DNA of 62,533 bases, the filler included, from Basidioascus undulatus (Eukaryota), in assembly GCA_000826855.1 (NCBI GenBank). It is 10 parts of 10 records of this genome, joined end to end, with 100 filler letters (N's around TTAATTAATTAA, not from the genome) between each part and the next. Parts side by side here need not be neighbours in the genome. Positions count along the whole stretch, not along the records: positions 18,856 to 25,028 come from JTLS01001795.1; positions 25,129 to 31,298 come from JTLS01001796.1; positions 31,399 to 37,564 come from JTLS01001797.1; 7 more parts are not named here. One strand, written 5' to 3'. Both the position numbers and the translations under genes were made by a program. This document shows, piece by piece, positions 24,671-37,664 of the stretch. Numbering within the stretch: the stretch's first letter is position 1; the number at the start of each line of letters is the position of its first letter. The notes below the pieces were generated by a model. The model saw only the letters and a list, made by a program, of their open reading frames with translations, made no database searches and was not told the DNA's origin.

Positions 24671-25028
24671 TTCCCTCCGCCTGCGAGAGGACGCCGTCGA
24701 CACTCCCACTTCCACTCTCACTCGACATCAAACCTACCGCGGACTCGGATTCGGAATGTAACTAGAAATCGATCGAAGCCTGGTGCACTGCGCGCAACAT
24801 GATCAATCCCCACCCGCCCCTTTCCCCCGTCCTTTACCTGTCTTCCCTCCACTCCCTCCGTTGCCCTTCCTTCCCACGCGACAAATAAGGACGCAAGCAT
24901 CCCTCCCGACCCACATCAAGCCCAAACCAAGTTCAACCCCAAAAAACAGTATAATTACCCTCCCCTCTCTCTTGCCCTCCTCCTCCCCTCCCTTTCTCCC
25001 CTTTCCCTTGTAAACTTTCCCATTCATC

Positions 25029-25128
25029 NNNNNNNNNNNNNNNNNNNNNNNNNNNNNNNNNNNNNNNNNNNNTTAATTAATTAANNNNNNNNNNNNNNNN
25101 NNNNNNNNNNNNNNNNNNNNNNNNNNNN
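25029..25128. other. Artificial contig linker
   Basis: N-run/TTAATTAATTAA/N-run. Confidence 0.99.
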
Positions 25129-25184
25129 GCACACCCCGCCCAGCATGAGCGTTCCGAGCCCCATTCATCGCTTCGGCAACGCAC

Positions 25185-25193
25185 CTCGGCCAT
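25185..25193 (-). CDS. Probable first coding exon (MAE) of a gene truncated by the contig start
   Basis: ACA-ATG-GCC-GAG followed by a GTGCGT donor, after a C/A-rich leader. Product unknown. Confidence 0.4.
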
Positions 25194-26429
25194 TGTAGTG
25201 AGTGTCTGTGGTTGCTTTGGGAGGGTGTGGGTGTGGGATACGGTGGCGATACGGAGGTGGTGGTGGGTAGTGGTCAAGGAGCAAGGAACGCGGACGTGTC
25301 GAACAGTGCGGCGACCGCGTCGTGTCTTCCCCCGATTGCGCCATTCGGTCGCCTTCACGTGTCGTCGTCGTCGGTGCTGACTGCCAGGCTGACTGAACAT
25401 TTGTAACCACTTTGCTTGGCTACACGTTGTACGTTGCGAAAAGGAGTTTGTAGAACGAGAGTATAGGTAGAAACCGGATATTTTGCGGCAGTTCGACAAA
25501 GGCAGATAGATGTCCTTGCCAACTGAGGAGGCCGGCTGCCGGCGAAACGCCCCCTTTCAACTTCCAAGGCTGGCTGCCCTTTGATTCTTGGGCAAAACAA
25601 AATCGATGCTTTGGAGAAGAAACAGACATATTGCTTAGTCGATATTGTTAAAGGTTGTCATGCCGGCGTTCCGCTGCAGTTCCCAAACAATCGTTAGCTC
25701 ACGACAGCCTGCTTCGAGTGAGCTACTACGGCCTCTGCTCTCTAAAGTTCATTGGAAGATGGAACATCTGAGCGGACATCAGTCTTTCAAGAAACCCCCA
25801 TTTTCTTGGGGGGAAGGCATTGAGGGCACGGAACTCGCCGTTGACGTCAGTTTCTTGCCCTCAAACAGTCGAAGTGCGCCGATGGGGAACGGAGGCAGGT
25901 CTTCATTGGACTACAGATGTAAATAGGCTTCTCTTTGTACTTGGTGTGGGAACGGTATAGCCCAAGAAAGTACTTGGCGAGAGCTTGAAGGTGGCTGGTC
26001 GAAACGATGACGGACCGCATATGAGTAGTGAAAGTCCCAGAGGCTTATATAGCAGGTCTATTCTGTACTGGTAATTAAGGGCAATTCGGTGCAAAGCGTG
26101 GAACGGCTAGACAAATCGAACGCAGGCACCGACCGAGATACAGACGACGTGCGGGATTGTTTGGAATGGATTGTCATGTGATGACTGCCAGGAAAGAGGA
26201 CAACCACGGTTCCCGTTTCATACATCGCCTTCAAAATTGTGATTCTGTGTGCAATATGTGTGTGGATCATGCGTAACTTTCCAACTGTAGACTTCGGTCT
26301 CAGTCTGACTGTAACGCTTCCGCCGGTGCGTTGCTGTTGTTCCCTTTCAGATGCGCCCTCATCCTTGAACCGAGTCTTGTGTGTCCTCGTATGCAGCTAC
26401 TATCAGTTTCCCTCTTCTCTTTCAATCGC

Positions 26430-27500
26430 CATGCACCTATCACACGCCTCCTCCCAAACGAACGCCATGTCCGAGTCTACCGCAGCCTCCTGTGAAACCA
26501 CATCTCCAGGGTCTTCGCCTCTTTCCTATCACGGAAACGCATACTTCCAGGCAACCTCCTCCTCTTCGACAACCACCTCTCCCCCTCATCCCCTCCCAGC
26601 ACTCCCCTCCGCCTCTGCGCCACAGTCCACCACGCCTACAAACCCTACACCAAGAGCGTCGTCCTCACCATCGACCTCTCCTCCCCCCCTTCCCCCTTCC
26701 CCCCCACTTAATCTTCAAGATGTTTGACGCGCCCTACCTCGACCTGCGCTCGCTTGAGCGATTTCCGTCCTGGAGGCTCGCAGCCGAGCGCACGGCCGCA
26801 GCCCGGCGGGGTGCCCTCAGCCGGAAGGCGTACGAGGATTACTACGCACGGAGTGAGAGGGCGATGGACGACGTGCTGTGGGAGGAGTACTTCTTTATTG
26901 ACACCAGGGGGCGTTAGAGGACGAGCGAGATGCGTACACCCGTCTGAGGGACCTGCAGGGGGCGGGGATTCCCCGCTGCTTCAGGAGTGCGAATGTCGTC
27001 TTCACGGAAGGCGACCGATGCATCTCCCCACACGCACTCATCCTCGAGTTCGTGCCCGGCCCAACACCGCCTCCCCGCACATCATCACACCCGATCAAGT
27101 CGCATCTCTCGCGGACAAGCTTCGCAAGCTTTGTGTCCGCGGCGTCGCGCAGGACGATCTCCGCGTGGACAACATCATCGTCTCGCCGGAGCGCGCTGTC
27201 CTGATCGATTTCGCCATGACCAGGCTCAGGGAGGAGGAGCACACGGATGACTATTGCGGAGGAGGTGAAGGGCGTGGGGGATGCCTGGCGCTTGTCTCTC
27301 GCACTGGAGAGGTGCGGCGTACCTGGGTGCAGCCTCCAAGAGCTCGGGCTGCCCCGACACCCCGGAGTGGAGTGGGTTCGATAAAAGGTGGAAGATCTGG
27401 GTGGTGGTATCGAGGAGGAGGGAGCTTCGCCGCACGAGGTGAGATTGCCTTCTGCCGCAGTCTTTCCATCATCATTGGCACACGAGAATGGCTTCTCACG
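26430..27500 (+). pseudogene. Fungal protein-kinase-like (PKL) gene with multiple frameshifts
   Basis: Across frames: LIFKMFDAPYL...EDERDAYTRLRDLQGAGIPRCF...HALILEFVPGP / RGVAQDDLRVDNIIVSPERAVLIDFAMTRLRE. These are the E..AY..L..LQG..IP and D....N...LIDF motifs. Shifts occur at ~26910, ~27060 and ~27255. Confidence 0.8.
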
Positions 27501-28977
27501 TCTCTTGCTGTCCTTTATCCCCCTTCCAAGGCAATCCCGACAATTGACCACATATAACTGAACAATCCTCTCTCAACAAGCGACTATTGTCTCTTCAAGA
27601 AACTTTCAGAAGCACGGGTGGAATTTCAGGTCGAGGACGCCAGCTTGGGCCTTTCATGGAAGCACGGCATCCCGCATCACACGCAACCCATCTTGGCCCG
27701 TAGTTGTAGACTATAATAGGACGGACTGTCTTTTGGAGTCTCACTGGACTTATTCGTCCTATTCTTACGTTCTGTCTATTTTCCTTTGGAGGTCAGCTAT
27801 ATGCCCGACGCAGCAGTCTACGAGAAGACGGATGGAGTTCGACCGTGAGGGCCTTGCAGTGCTGTGCCGCTTCGCTACTTGCCTTCGCCCTTCCAAATTT
27901 CAGCAGCCCTCTGCATGGAGCATGACTGAACTACTTTTAGGATATAGGAAGTCACTAGGTTGATGTTCCTCCTCCCTGGTGGTATGAAGGGTTGTCTACT
28001 CTGATCTTGCGGTCAGTACACAAGTCTTAAAGCGAACTCGGCCTTGACTTCATCTTGCATCAAGGAGAAGGAGATCACTGCCTCGCACGCCAGTCTGCCA
28101 TCGTATCTCCCTTTCTTCATGTGTTCAGCATCGCTCGCTCATATGAACGAACGCGCTCACCGTGCAGATCAGCTCGCGTTGGGTTTGAAGGTCCAGCATT
28201 CACCTTTCGATGACAATTGATTCAAGGGAAAACAGTCGTTGCTTTTCAATTTGGCCTTCTTTGAGCGTCGGGGACCGAGCGGTAGTCTTGCTCCGAGGAG
28301 AGCGAGCTATCGAAAGTCGTCCACGTCTGACAGCATGTTGTGTCTTACTCTCTTTCCCGCCCCGAGTCTCCTTTCGTGTGCCTTGGCATCGTCGCGTTTA
28401 TATCGCAGTTCAGCTCCCTGTCTCAGCCCTGAGGCGCAACAGCGCAGGAACAGCGCGCGCCTGTAAGGTCTGAAAGGTCCGCTGAGCCACCGGAGGGCCC
28501 TTGCCCTGAGCCTCTCACCCTTCGACAATGCGCTCAGCCTCTCACCCTTTTGCCCTCAGGCATAGCTACCGTGGGCCCGGATGGGGTGGCGGAGAAAACG
28601 TCGCCGTGAATGCGCAAGCGGGAGAGCGAGCAGCGGAAGCGCGAGGATGTATTGGGCATGGGCATCATCAGGCACTGCCTCAACGCTCGACAGACTGCGA
28701 TACTGCGCATGAATAGCTATCTTTTAAAAGGCCCCGCGGGAGGATCGTCGCTGCCTCGTGCTTTCCCCCCGTTCTCCGCTGCGTTTCAAAGTCTGCCTTC
28801 TCTTCCGCCCGCCCCCTGTAACCGACCTTTGCTCGGTACCACGACGACCTCGTGCTCACGCTATACACATCCTGGGATACCCGACCTCGACGCGAGCCCA
28901 TCATCTCGATCGTACTCCCCATCTAATCATCTCCTTTCGCTGCTCTTTCTCCATCCTTTTCGACCAGTTCGCCCCTC

Positions 28978-31102
28978 ATGCCCACCGTCAAGCTCCCCTC
29001 GGGCACCGTCCTGAGCTACACCATTCCCACTGCGCCGTCCAAAAAGGAGCTATTCTACAAGAACCGTCCCATCACGATCTGGCTCCACCCGTCCGTCACT
29101 CCTGGACTGCTTGCGGGGCGGGGGTGAACCACGCGAAACTGACTGCGAGGGTAGGGGCACAGCGTCTTGATGGACTCGTCCTTCTTCAAGCCGCAGATCG
29201 AGGACCCGCAGCTTTTCAACAACTTTAACATGATCCTCCTCGACCTGCACCACCATGGCGGCTCGATGCAGAAGAAGGTGAACGACGAGCACGTCCAATT
29301 CCTCCTGCCCTCCCGTCTGCCGACGGCGCGTGGACTGACTCCGGGTCGGAGGGATCGCAGGCCCATAAATTTCTGGAAAATTGCAGAGGACGTGTATCAG
29401 TTCATGGCGGCGTTGAACATCGGTGCGCCTTCGCAAGGATTGGCTGTCGAGCCCCACTTTCCGCTAACGCGCTGCGCTGGGAGTAGAGAAGGCGCACTTG
29501 TGCGTTTCCCGCTCTGTACTTGCCGGGTAAACATGCTAATCAGCCGTCTTACACTCTCGGTAAGCTTCGGAAACAGTGTACGTCGCGCCCATGACCCTGT
29601 GCGCCAGCGTCGTCTCACGCCTGGTTGTTCTTCAGCTGGGCGCTCTCGTCTGCATGCGCTTCGCGATCAAGTTCCTCCACCGCGTAGAGAGCCTCGTGGC
29701 TTGCTCAAAACATGCTGACCGTGAGCTTCATCCACTCTCTTTTCCCCAATCCGCTTCCCGACGAGGCTGACTGTGTGCTTCTCAGGCGGTACGTCGACGA
29801 CAGCAGTCTGAAATACATTGACCTTGCTCAAAGACGTCCCATAACTCAGAGAGCGCCGAGAACCTGGCGCAATGGCACGAGTAAGTCCCAAACGCTCTGG
29901 CTAAACTAATGCAGCTGAAACGACCGTCCTTCGGCTGCAGGTTGATCGATGCGTGGTTGGACGGGGAGGAGGAGGCGGGTAAGTTTCTCGAGGTCTCTCG
30001 AGCATGTCTCGCAGCAACCTGCGTACTCACCTGCGCGCTCTACCAACGGGTCAAACTGCGGTTCCGGCCCCGAAGGGAGGCTTTGGCGGGCTTTTCAGCC
30101 AGAAGGTCAAAAAGCGCGACGTTCCGAGCAGTCAAGCTGTGCGAGGTACGTTCCCTTTCATCCTCCGTACCTCGTCGGTAAGCGACTAGCGCAGTCCGGG
30201 CGAACAGGGGTCTTCTACATCTTTTTCGTGCCTCGGGAGTTGTGTGGAGAGTCGCACGGTGGTCTGACGCTGCTTTGGTCTCACAGGGGGACGAGTTCGT
30301 GGACGAGAGCGTTGCGCAGAACTGGCTGCGAACATGGACTGAGCGCTACCCTGTGGAACTTTCGCAGTTATATTCGTCCCTTCTTGCATGCTAATCGGTC
30401 CTGCAAATGACAGCCTTCGAAGGCCGCGCTGTGTCGGAAGGTCTTCAGCGTAGGTCTCTGCCTCCTTTCTCATACACGTTCGACATCGATCCGGCATGGT
30501 GAACTTGCAGATCTTCACGGACCGCGTACCCGTCACGCCGGAGCAGCTCGCGACTATCGCCTGCCCAGTGCTCATCATCCACGGCACTGCGGACCTTCCC
30601 TACCCTGTCGAGTGCGCCCATCGTACGTCCCGCATAGACACCGTCATATCTATTGCCTACCGGGCCAAACACACTGATAATCGACAATGCTTTCCATCTT
30701 GCAGTCCTTCACCAGCGCCTCGTCAACGCGCCGCGAGAGATGCACTTCATCGAGGGCGGAGCGCACGTCATGTACGTCTGGGGCCTTTGACCCCTACAGT
30801 CCGGGCCACCGCTGACTTTATCTTTCAAACTTGCAGCACGTTCACGCACAGCGTGGAGGTGAACATGTTGGCCCGAGACTTCTTCGGCCGGGCGTCCGAG
30901 CACCTTCCAGGTCCGTCTTTCGTCCGGACTGAGCACGACTTCCACACGCTGCTGACGCTTTCTTCCTCTCCTCTCAGGCGGCGTGGGTGACGGAACTCCT
31001 CTCGGATCGGCCCCCCGCCTGAGCCCAAAGGCGGCCAAGCTCGGCCTCGTCGCCGACGTCGGCGGCAAGGTCGCAGTCGCGATCTCGTCCGTCGGCCGCT
31101 GA
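28978..31102 (+). CDS. Alpha/beta-hydrolase fold protein, many introns
   Basis: MPTVKLPSGTVLSY...IWLHP|VLMDSSFFKPQIEDPQL..NMILLDLHHHGGS...AEDVYQFMAALNI|EKAHF|FGNS|LGALVCMRFA gives the GxSxG elbow. Then IACPVLIIHGTADLPYP and FIEGGAH, ending VAVAISSVGR-TGA. Confidence 0.88.
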
Positions 31103-31298
31103 GCCTGCTCCCCTCTCCCCGCCGTCCATGGCGTCCTCGTACTTTCCTCTCGTCCCCTTGGACTGTTGAACAAATATCCGCCTGATCTTGTTGTACATGA
31201 TCCCCGATGTTTCCACCTCTCGCGTTACCCTGGTATACCCACCCACCAACAATACCATAGCTCCTTCTCAAAAACCCAACCACCTACCACGCTTGTCC

Positions 31299-31398
31299 NN
31301 NNNNNNNNNNNNNNNNNNNNNNNNNNNNNNNNNNNNNNNNNNTTAATTAATTAANNNNNNNNNNNNNNNNNNNNNNNNNNNNNNNNNNNNNNNNNNNN
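31299..31398. other. Artificial contig linker
   Basis: N-run/TTAATTAATTAA/N-run. Confidence 0.99.
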
Positions 31399-32180
31399 AT
31401 CTCATTCACTTCCCGCTCCCCCTCCTCCGCTCCGCGCTCTCCATCGCCGCCGGCACCGTCTTCTCCGTCGACCTCCTCCGCCTCCGTTCGACCAACCTCG
31501 GCCGCGGCCGCTTCGCGCGCGCGTACGAGCATCTCCTCGGCCCGCTCATGCGCGCCGAGGAAAGGCAGCGCATCAACGGCGTCGTCTGGTACCTCCTCGG
31601 CGTGGTTGTGGCCATCTCGGCGTTCCCAAGGGACATCGCCGTCGCGTCTATCCTGATCCTCTCGTTCGCGGACACGAGCGCAAGCACGGTCGGGCGCCTG
31701 TGGGGGAGGTACACCCCGAAGCTGGGGAGGCCATTTGGAGAGCGGAAGAGCATGGCGGGGATGGGCGCTGCTGTGGCGGTTGGCGCCGGGATCGCGTGGG
31801 TTGTGTGGGGCACGAGTGTGGCGCAGAGGGGCGCGCTGGAGGGGGAGAGCGTTAGCTGGAAGGGCGAGGAGGGCGGCGTGGGGCTCGCGATGCTTTGCGC
31901 GGTCGTGGGCGTGATCAGTGGGGTCGTTGAGGCGCTGGGTGAGCTGCGTTCCATTTCTCGGTCTCGCAACGCTCTCAGCTGACCGCGTCTTCCGTTTGAC
32001 GCACCAGACATCTACAACCTCGACGGTCCGTCTTCCTCCTCCACTCCCCATCCTCCACTCCTCTTCTCCCTACCTGTCCTGACAGCCCCCTCCCCCTCCC
32101 CACGCCAAACAGACAACCTCACCCTCCCCATCCTCTCCGGCCTCTGCATATGGGCCTTCCTCGCCATCTTCCAGCACTAG
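31399..32180 (+). CDS. DGK1: CTP-dependent diacylglycerol kinase, 3' part
   Basis: DLLRLRS...YEHLLGPLMRAEERQRINGVVWYLLG...SILILSFADTSASTVGRLWG...KSMAG...VEAL|DIYNLD|DNLTLPILSGLCIWAFLAIFQH*. These are the Dgk1/cytidylyltransferase motifs. Confidence 0.92.
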
Positions 32181-33229
32181 ACGATCCATCTCCCCCGTCC
32201 CCATCTCCTCTACGCCCTCTTCTCCCTCTCCCTCTTTCCTCTACCTCCCTCTTCCCTCTACCTCCCCACCTCTCCCCCGCGCACCGCTTCCTATCCCTTC
32301 GACTCCCCCTCCGCACACACTGCTCTGTGCTACCCGGCCCCGACCCGATCCGACCTCGCCCACCCACGCCCCGACCGCCACGCATCTCACGACCCCCCGC
32401 ACGCCGTCCGCACGCACGCCCGTCAGCTTCAGCTTCGCATATACCCTTATTCTCCGCATCCGCTTCGCAGTCGCTCAACCTCTGTTCTCTCTTTTCGGAC
32501 GGAAGTCGCGCGCCGCACAGTGGCGCTGTGCCGTCGCCCGTTTCTAGCTTACAGTTCGATCTCGTTCTCGCGCTGCAGTCGTTCTCCCCCTCTCGACGCT
32601 TTCGCTCTTCACTCTTCGCTCTTCCCACTCCACTCCTCCCCTCGCTCTTCGTATCTCATCGAGACTCTTCGCTTCGTCCGCACACTCGTATAGCCGCACG
32701 GACTACTCTCCTCTTTCGATTTCCGTCTTTGTCTTCATCATGGTCCTTCCTCTTTGTCCTTGGGTCGGTTGGCTTAATGTCGATCATGTATTACCTAGCT
32801 CGCACATACGCACTGGTGGTGCTCGACTTGGCGCTTGACACATGTGGCTAAGCGCGGTCGAGAGCGTGCTGAGAAGGGGGTGCGATATCAAGTGAGGTGT
32901 GCGAGAAGACGAAAGCCAACTTGAAGGGCAGGTGAACGTTCGCGATGCTACAACATGCTCGTTCAATTCTGGGTCAGGAGTTAGAAGAGATGGGGTATTG
33001 TCCCGGAAGAGGCACGGTGCTGCGGTGGGTCGTTGAGATCGGAATGTTATTCGCTAGGGTGATGCTGGATGGTGGGCGGGAATTTTTGGATGTTGCAGTG
33101 AGAGAGAAGTAGGAGGGTGTGCGCAAGGGAGAAGACACACTACTGCGGTGCGCGGAAGGGCCCCCGGAGGGTGGACGGGAAGAAGGGTTCGAGGAACGAC
33201 AGCTGAAGGGATGTGACATTCAGCTGGGA

Positions 33230-34400
33230 CTCGCTAATCCTTTGCCAGACTCGACCAAGTGTTGTGTGTTAGTACTAATGCTTTAGTGCTGGGCCTGCGA
33301 GCCTCGGAAGATCGAGCATTGCGTAATGCTAAGGTAAAGGTGGGAATGGATCTTGGGCGCTTCCGATCGTGCCGTCCCTCAGCTTCAACATGACCTTCTA
33401 TCCTTCAAGATAAGAGGAAGAAGAACTTGCACCATACCTTCTGTGCAGTGCCTTGGGATCAACCGCCTTCTGGACGGAACCGCGGCTCGTGGGACTGCGC
33501 GAGCAACACACCGCCGGCGCCTGGCACTGTGGCTCATCAACCAGCGAGGGAGACGAAGTACCCTTACGAGCTTGATGGAACTTGATTTTCGGAAAGCTTG
33601 GCTCTCAAGGATCACTATAAAGAAAAACGGGGGAAGCCGGGGAGCTCGGCTCCGAAGAAGGGGGAAGAAGGCTTGGTACCAACCGTGCATGTCGAGAATC
33701 CCGTGCGGGACGTTGGTGAACCCTACGCATATGTGCTGACCTTAAGAACGAGGTTGAATATTTGAAACAACTCGTCCAATGCTACGCCGTGCGACCCAGA
33801 GACATGCGAGAGTGCAGCCTCTCCGAAGTGCCGACCGATCCTTCGGAGGTCGGAAGGATAGGCGATAAAATTCTGCAAATCGATATTTTGTGATTGCCTG
33901 TTGCCGCTCATCAGCTTCTGTGGCCGTAGTATCGTTGAGAAGAAAAAGTGTGGCCCACGTTCCAGCGTGTCGAGACGAGGCGCAACTGATCACCCCTGTA
34001 GAGCGAGTACGGAGACTCGAACCAACCCAGAACATGATCCAAGATTTGCGAAAGCGTCTCGTTGGGCAGTCGGGCGTTGAGATCCTTTCGACAAAGGGTG
34101 TGCATCAGCAGCGAAAGGTCAAAGGAGTAGCTGCAGGCAACCGGTTTCCTGTCACTTCGTGTTCCTTCGCAGGCGTTACGCTGAAACTGCAGATCATGCG
34201 GTTGTGCATTGTTTCCCAATTGGGTTTCCCCAGGAAAGCTAGAAATGAGGAAAGACAAGACTGCATCGCGGTTGACTGACCGCAAGGCTCGAATTGCCCA
34301 TCCGTGCTTCACTTGGACCAGCAAAGCGAGGCAGCGGAGGCCAAGGCAGTAATCAACCCCATCAAAGGCCACAAGCTCAGGTAATACTTTTCGCAATATA
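33230..34400 (-). pseudogene. F-box-like protein remnant
   Basis: ARLPNETLSQILDHV...LRLVSTRWN is F-box-like. The downstream Leu-rich frames are interrupted by stops. Boundaries approximate. Confidence 0.45.
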
Positions 34401-34690
34401 AAGTGGGAACGAGATAGAACTCCGATGCCAGCTGGGGCTCAGAAAGGGAAGGCGGTTGCGGTTACCGCTCCCCGGTAGCCCTGTCTCGGCTGCGTCCGTT
34501 CCTGTTGGGACTCGAAAGTTTATACTACATAAGCAACTATTAGGAAAGTATACGTTGCGGTTCTGAGATCAAACATCGTCATTTGTCTGGCAACAGGCGT
34601 TCTCGGCGACCATCGTTACGGCTTCTTGGTGAACGGTCGCGTCCCGCTCCCCTGCTTTCAGTCGTACTCCCTCTCTTCAGGACGGCTCGC

Positions 34691-36324
34691 ATGCTTGAAC
34701 CATACGCGAGTCCCTTCTGTCTGACCTTACCGCACACTCGAACTGATAGACGGTGATTTGCAGGAGATCGGCCTCGTCCTCCTCGGGCCGGTTTTCATCG
34801 TGGCAATCGCGACACTTTGCGGAATGAGCCTCCACAAGAGATACCTGGAGCTCCAGGAGCCTTCTATGGAGGAATGGGAGCGGTTTGCGGAAGAGGGTGT
34901 GGACCCCCGGGAAGCAGTGGTTCGGGTGAGGAAGGGTGAAAGAGGTGAGTTTCCACCTCCTCTCCGCAGCCCAGAATGCGCCTTTGGAGGGCTATGTTTG
35001 GTGGAAGGACGCTTACTGGTGATCCGACCGGTATTTTGCATTAGGATCAAAGACGTCCAAGCAAACAACCGAAGAAACGACACCGTCTTCCTCCGCCAGC
35101 GGTCTGAGCACCGTCTTCAAAACCTCGCCGCTACGCAACAGCAGCGCTACGCCGCCGCACCACCCGACCGGATCCGGGCCCACACCCACTCTTCCCTATC
35201 GTCCTCCTGCCCTGCCCCGGACATTGCATCGCAACGACGGGAATAGGGACTATTCGCCTCACCCCGAGAACGGAGTCCCTCACGGGGCACATCCCGCCCG
35301 CCCTGCGCGACCGCAGCCGAAGGAGAGACCAGACCCTCAGCGACCCCGCCCACAAAATGCCGAGCCCAAACCCTCGAACGGGGAGGGCGACGAGAGCACA
35401 AACCGAACTGAACGCGCTGCACCGGCTGCTGCGCGAGCGCGGGAGGATACCAGGCCAGAGCCAAGCACATCCCGATCGACAATCGCCCCTCGACCTGCAC
35501 GGCCCGAACAAGGCCCTCGTCCTGAGCGAGCTTCAAGGCCCCCTGGTCAACCCAGCGACGCAAGGCCGCCTCGCGGCCGCTTCACTAAGTTAGCGGAAAG
35601 CGCGACTGCGCCTGGTGCTTCATCAAGACCTGAACCGGCCCGCGCCTCGACGAGCACCTCCGGGTTGGAGGTGAGCAGAGCGAAGGATATCCGCTCGGAC
35701 TCTTCGAGTGCTGTTCAACAGTACCGACACGATACTCGACCGCCGGGCTCGAGGCGAGACGTTTCGGGCGACGGTCGACATCCGCAACGACAGCCGCAGC
35801 CTCCCCCGCCGCCCCCGCTGCCGAGGGCTACGCGTCCGCCGCCAGCAGCCCCGACTGATCCGAGACCCCTGCGTTCTCGAAGGCCGTCCGGAAACGAGCT
35901 CGCGGCTTCCTCACAGCCCCGGGCAGAAGCTGCGCAGCGGCCACTTCGGCCCGACGCTCATCCACCTCGCCCTCGCCGAACCGGCTCTCCCTCCCGTACT
36001 CACCCGACTTATGATTCCCGACAAAAAATCCCGGGCCTAACTCCTCCTCCACCATCTGCTCCGGCGGCACGCTCCTCCCCGCCTCGAACACCCCTCGCGC
36101 CTCCGGATTTTCGCCGCTCCACCTCGGAGTTCATGCTGGAGCTTACGGCGCCGATTCGGGGTCCGGAGGAAGAAGAGGGTGGAGGAGAAAATCCAGAAGA
36201 GGGTAGAGGAGGAAATTCAGGAGAGGGGACAGAAGAAGAGAAGGAGGGAAGGCCGGTGCGGGATGAGGAGGAGGAGCCGGGCGGGTGGTACGCTGCTTGG
36301 GTGCGCAATGCGGAACGGGATTGA
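34691..36324 (+). CDS. Hypothetical single-pass membrane protein with a long Pro/Arg/Ser-rich disordered tail
   Basis: MLEPY|EIGLVLLGPVFIVAIATLCGMSLHKRY...KGER|GSKTSKQ... joins in frame to ORF 35224..36324. The first intron would be GC-AG (GCGAGT at 34706 to CAG at 34763). Confidence 0.65.
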
Positions 36325-36514
36325 GGTGGAGTTCTCCTGTAATACTGTTTGCAAAAAACACGACAAGGACATTCAAACCGGCTGGTATCTGTGTGAGTAA
36401 ACCTCCGATCACCTTGGTATCTTTTGCGACCGCGGCGGGCGGTGGACCAAGATCGTTTCAACGTCCAGGCTGCGAAGGGACATCCCAGAAAGATCTGTAG
36501 TACCCCTCCCGCAT

Positions 36515-37450
36515 CTAAAGATTGCATTTGGTTTCAGTTTTCCACTGTAGTACCTTTGGGAATCTCAGAACCTTGGGGTTCATCGGCATCGCGCCGGTTC
36601 GGACGGCGTCGCTGTACATCCCAGCCAGCGCTGCTGCAGACTGAACACCAGAAGAGCATATGCATATGAGAGCCGTCCTCCTAATCCTCCATAAGCACTT
36701 CGCCAATACTGATCTTCTGCCCACTGCCATCCACGAAAACCACCCCTTTTCCGGGAGCAATAGATTGCGAACTGCCAGAGGCGGAGCGAATCGAGCGCGT
36801 CGTTCTCGTCGTAGGCCATGAGCATCATGTCACGCGAAGGAGCTTCAATTCGCTTGAGTGAGGGGAGTTTCGAAAGATTGAGGTGCTCGATAGTTTGCAT
36901 CTGCTCGAACGGGATGCCCCCGTCCTCATCGGGAGGGTAGCCCGAAGCATGAGGGTGGTAATCGTCGGGTGTTGAAGTGCGAGCAAGGACGGGTGGGAGG
37001 ACCAGCAAGGATGGAAAGTGAGAAGTTCAGGTCAGATTTGATCGAGATGTGGATGGACGGCTATGGTGCTATCGACCCAGTTCAGGCTGAGTTCCCGCAA
37101 CTTGCGGCCGACGCATTCGAGGGCATGACAAAGGGGGGCAGTGGTAGCATCGAAGATGATACAGCTCGAGGTTCCTCGAGTGCACGAGCGGAGTAGGGGC
37201 AGTTTGAACGCACCGCGCCCTGAGTCACCAACGTTGTGCGGACAGGAAAGATTGAGGTGGAGGTGCTCCAGGGAACTAAGCTGAGAAACTATTGACACCG
37301 CCATCTAAGAGTGCAGTGTGCGGAAAGCTCGAGCGAGCGAAGGGCGGTGACTCCTACCAGCACTACCAACACTGCTCCCGCGCCCGAGCCTAATTGCAGC
37401 TACCCGTGCCCGTGCGAGTCGCAGGGCAGTGGACTGGGCATTTCGGTCGG
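36515..37450 (-). pseudogene. Leucine-rich (F-box/RNI-like) protein remnant
   Basis: LxxLxL segments (SQLSSLEHLHLNL, RKLRELSLNW, TIEHLNLSKLPSLKRIE) are spread over several frames with stops. Confidence 0.4.
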
Positions 37451-37564
37451 CATTGGAGCGGATGAGGCGGAGGAGAAGGAGGGATTTGTTTTCCAGATTC
37501 AGGGCTGAGAGTTCCGGCGGGAGAGGGAAAGTTTGTGGGGGGGGGGCCGGCGGAGGAGGAGGAC

Positions 37565-37664
37565 NNNNNNNNNNNNNNNNNNNNNNNNNNNNNNNNNNNN
37601 NNNNNNNNTTAATTAATTAANNNNNNNNNNNNNNNNNNNNNNNNNNNNNNNNNNNNNNNNNNNN
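37565..37664. other. Artificial contig linker
   Basis: N-run/TTAATTAATTAA/N-run. Confidence 0.99.
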
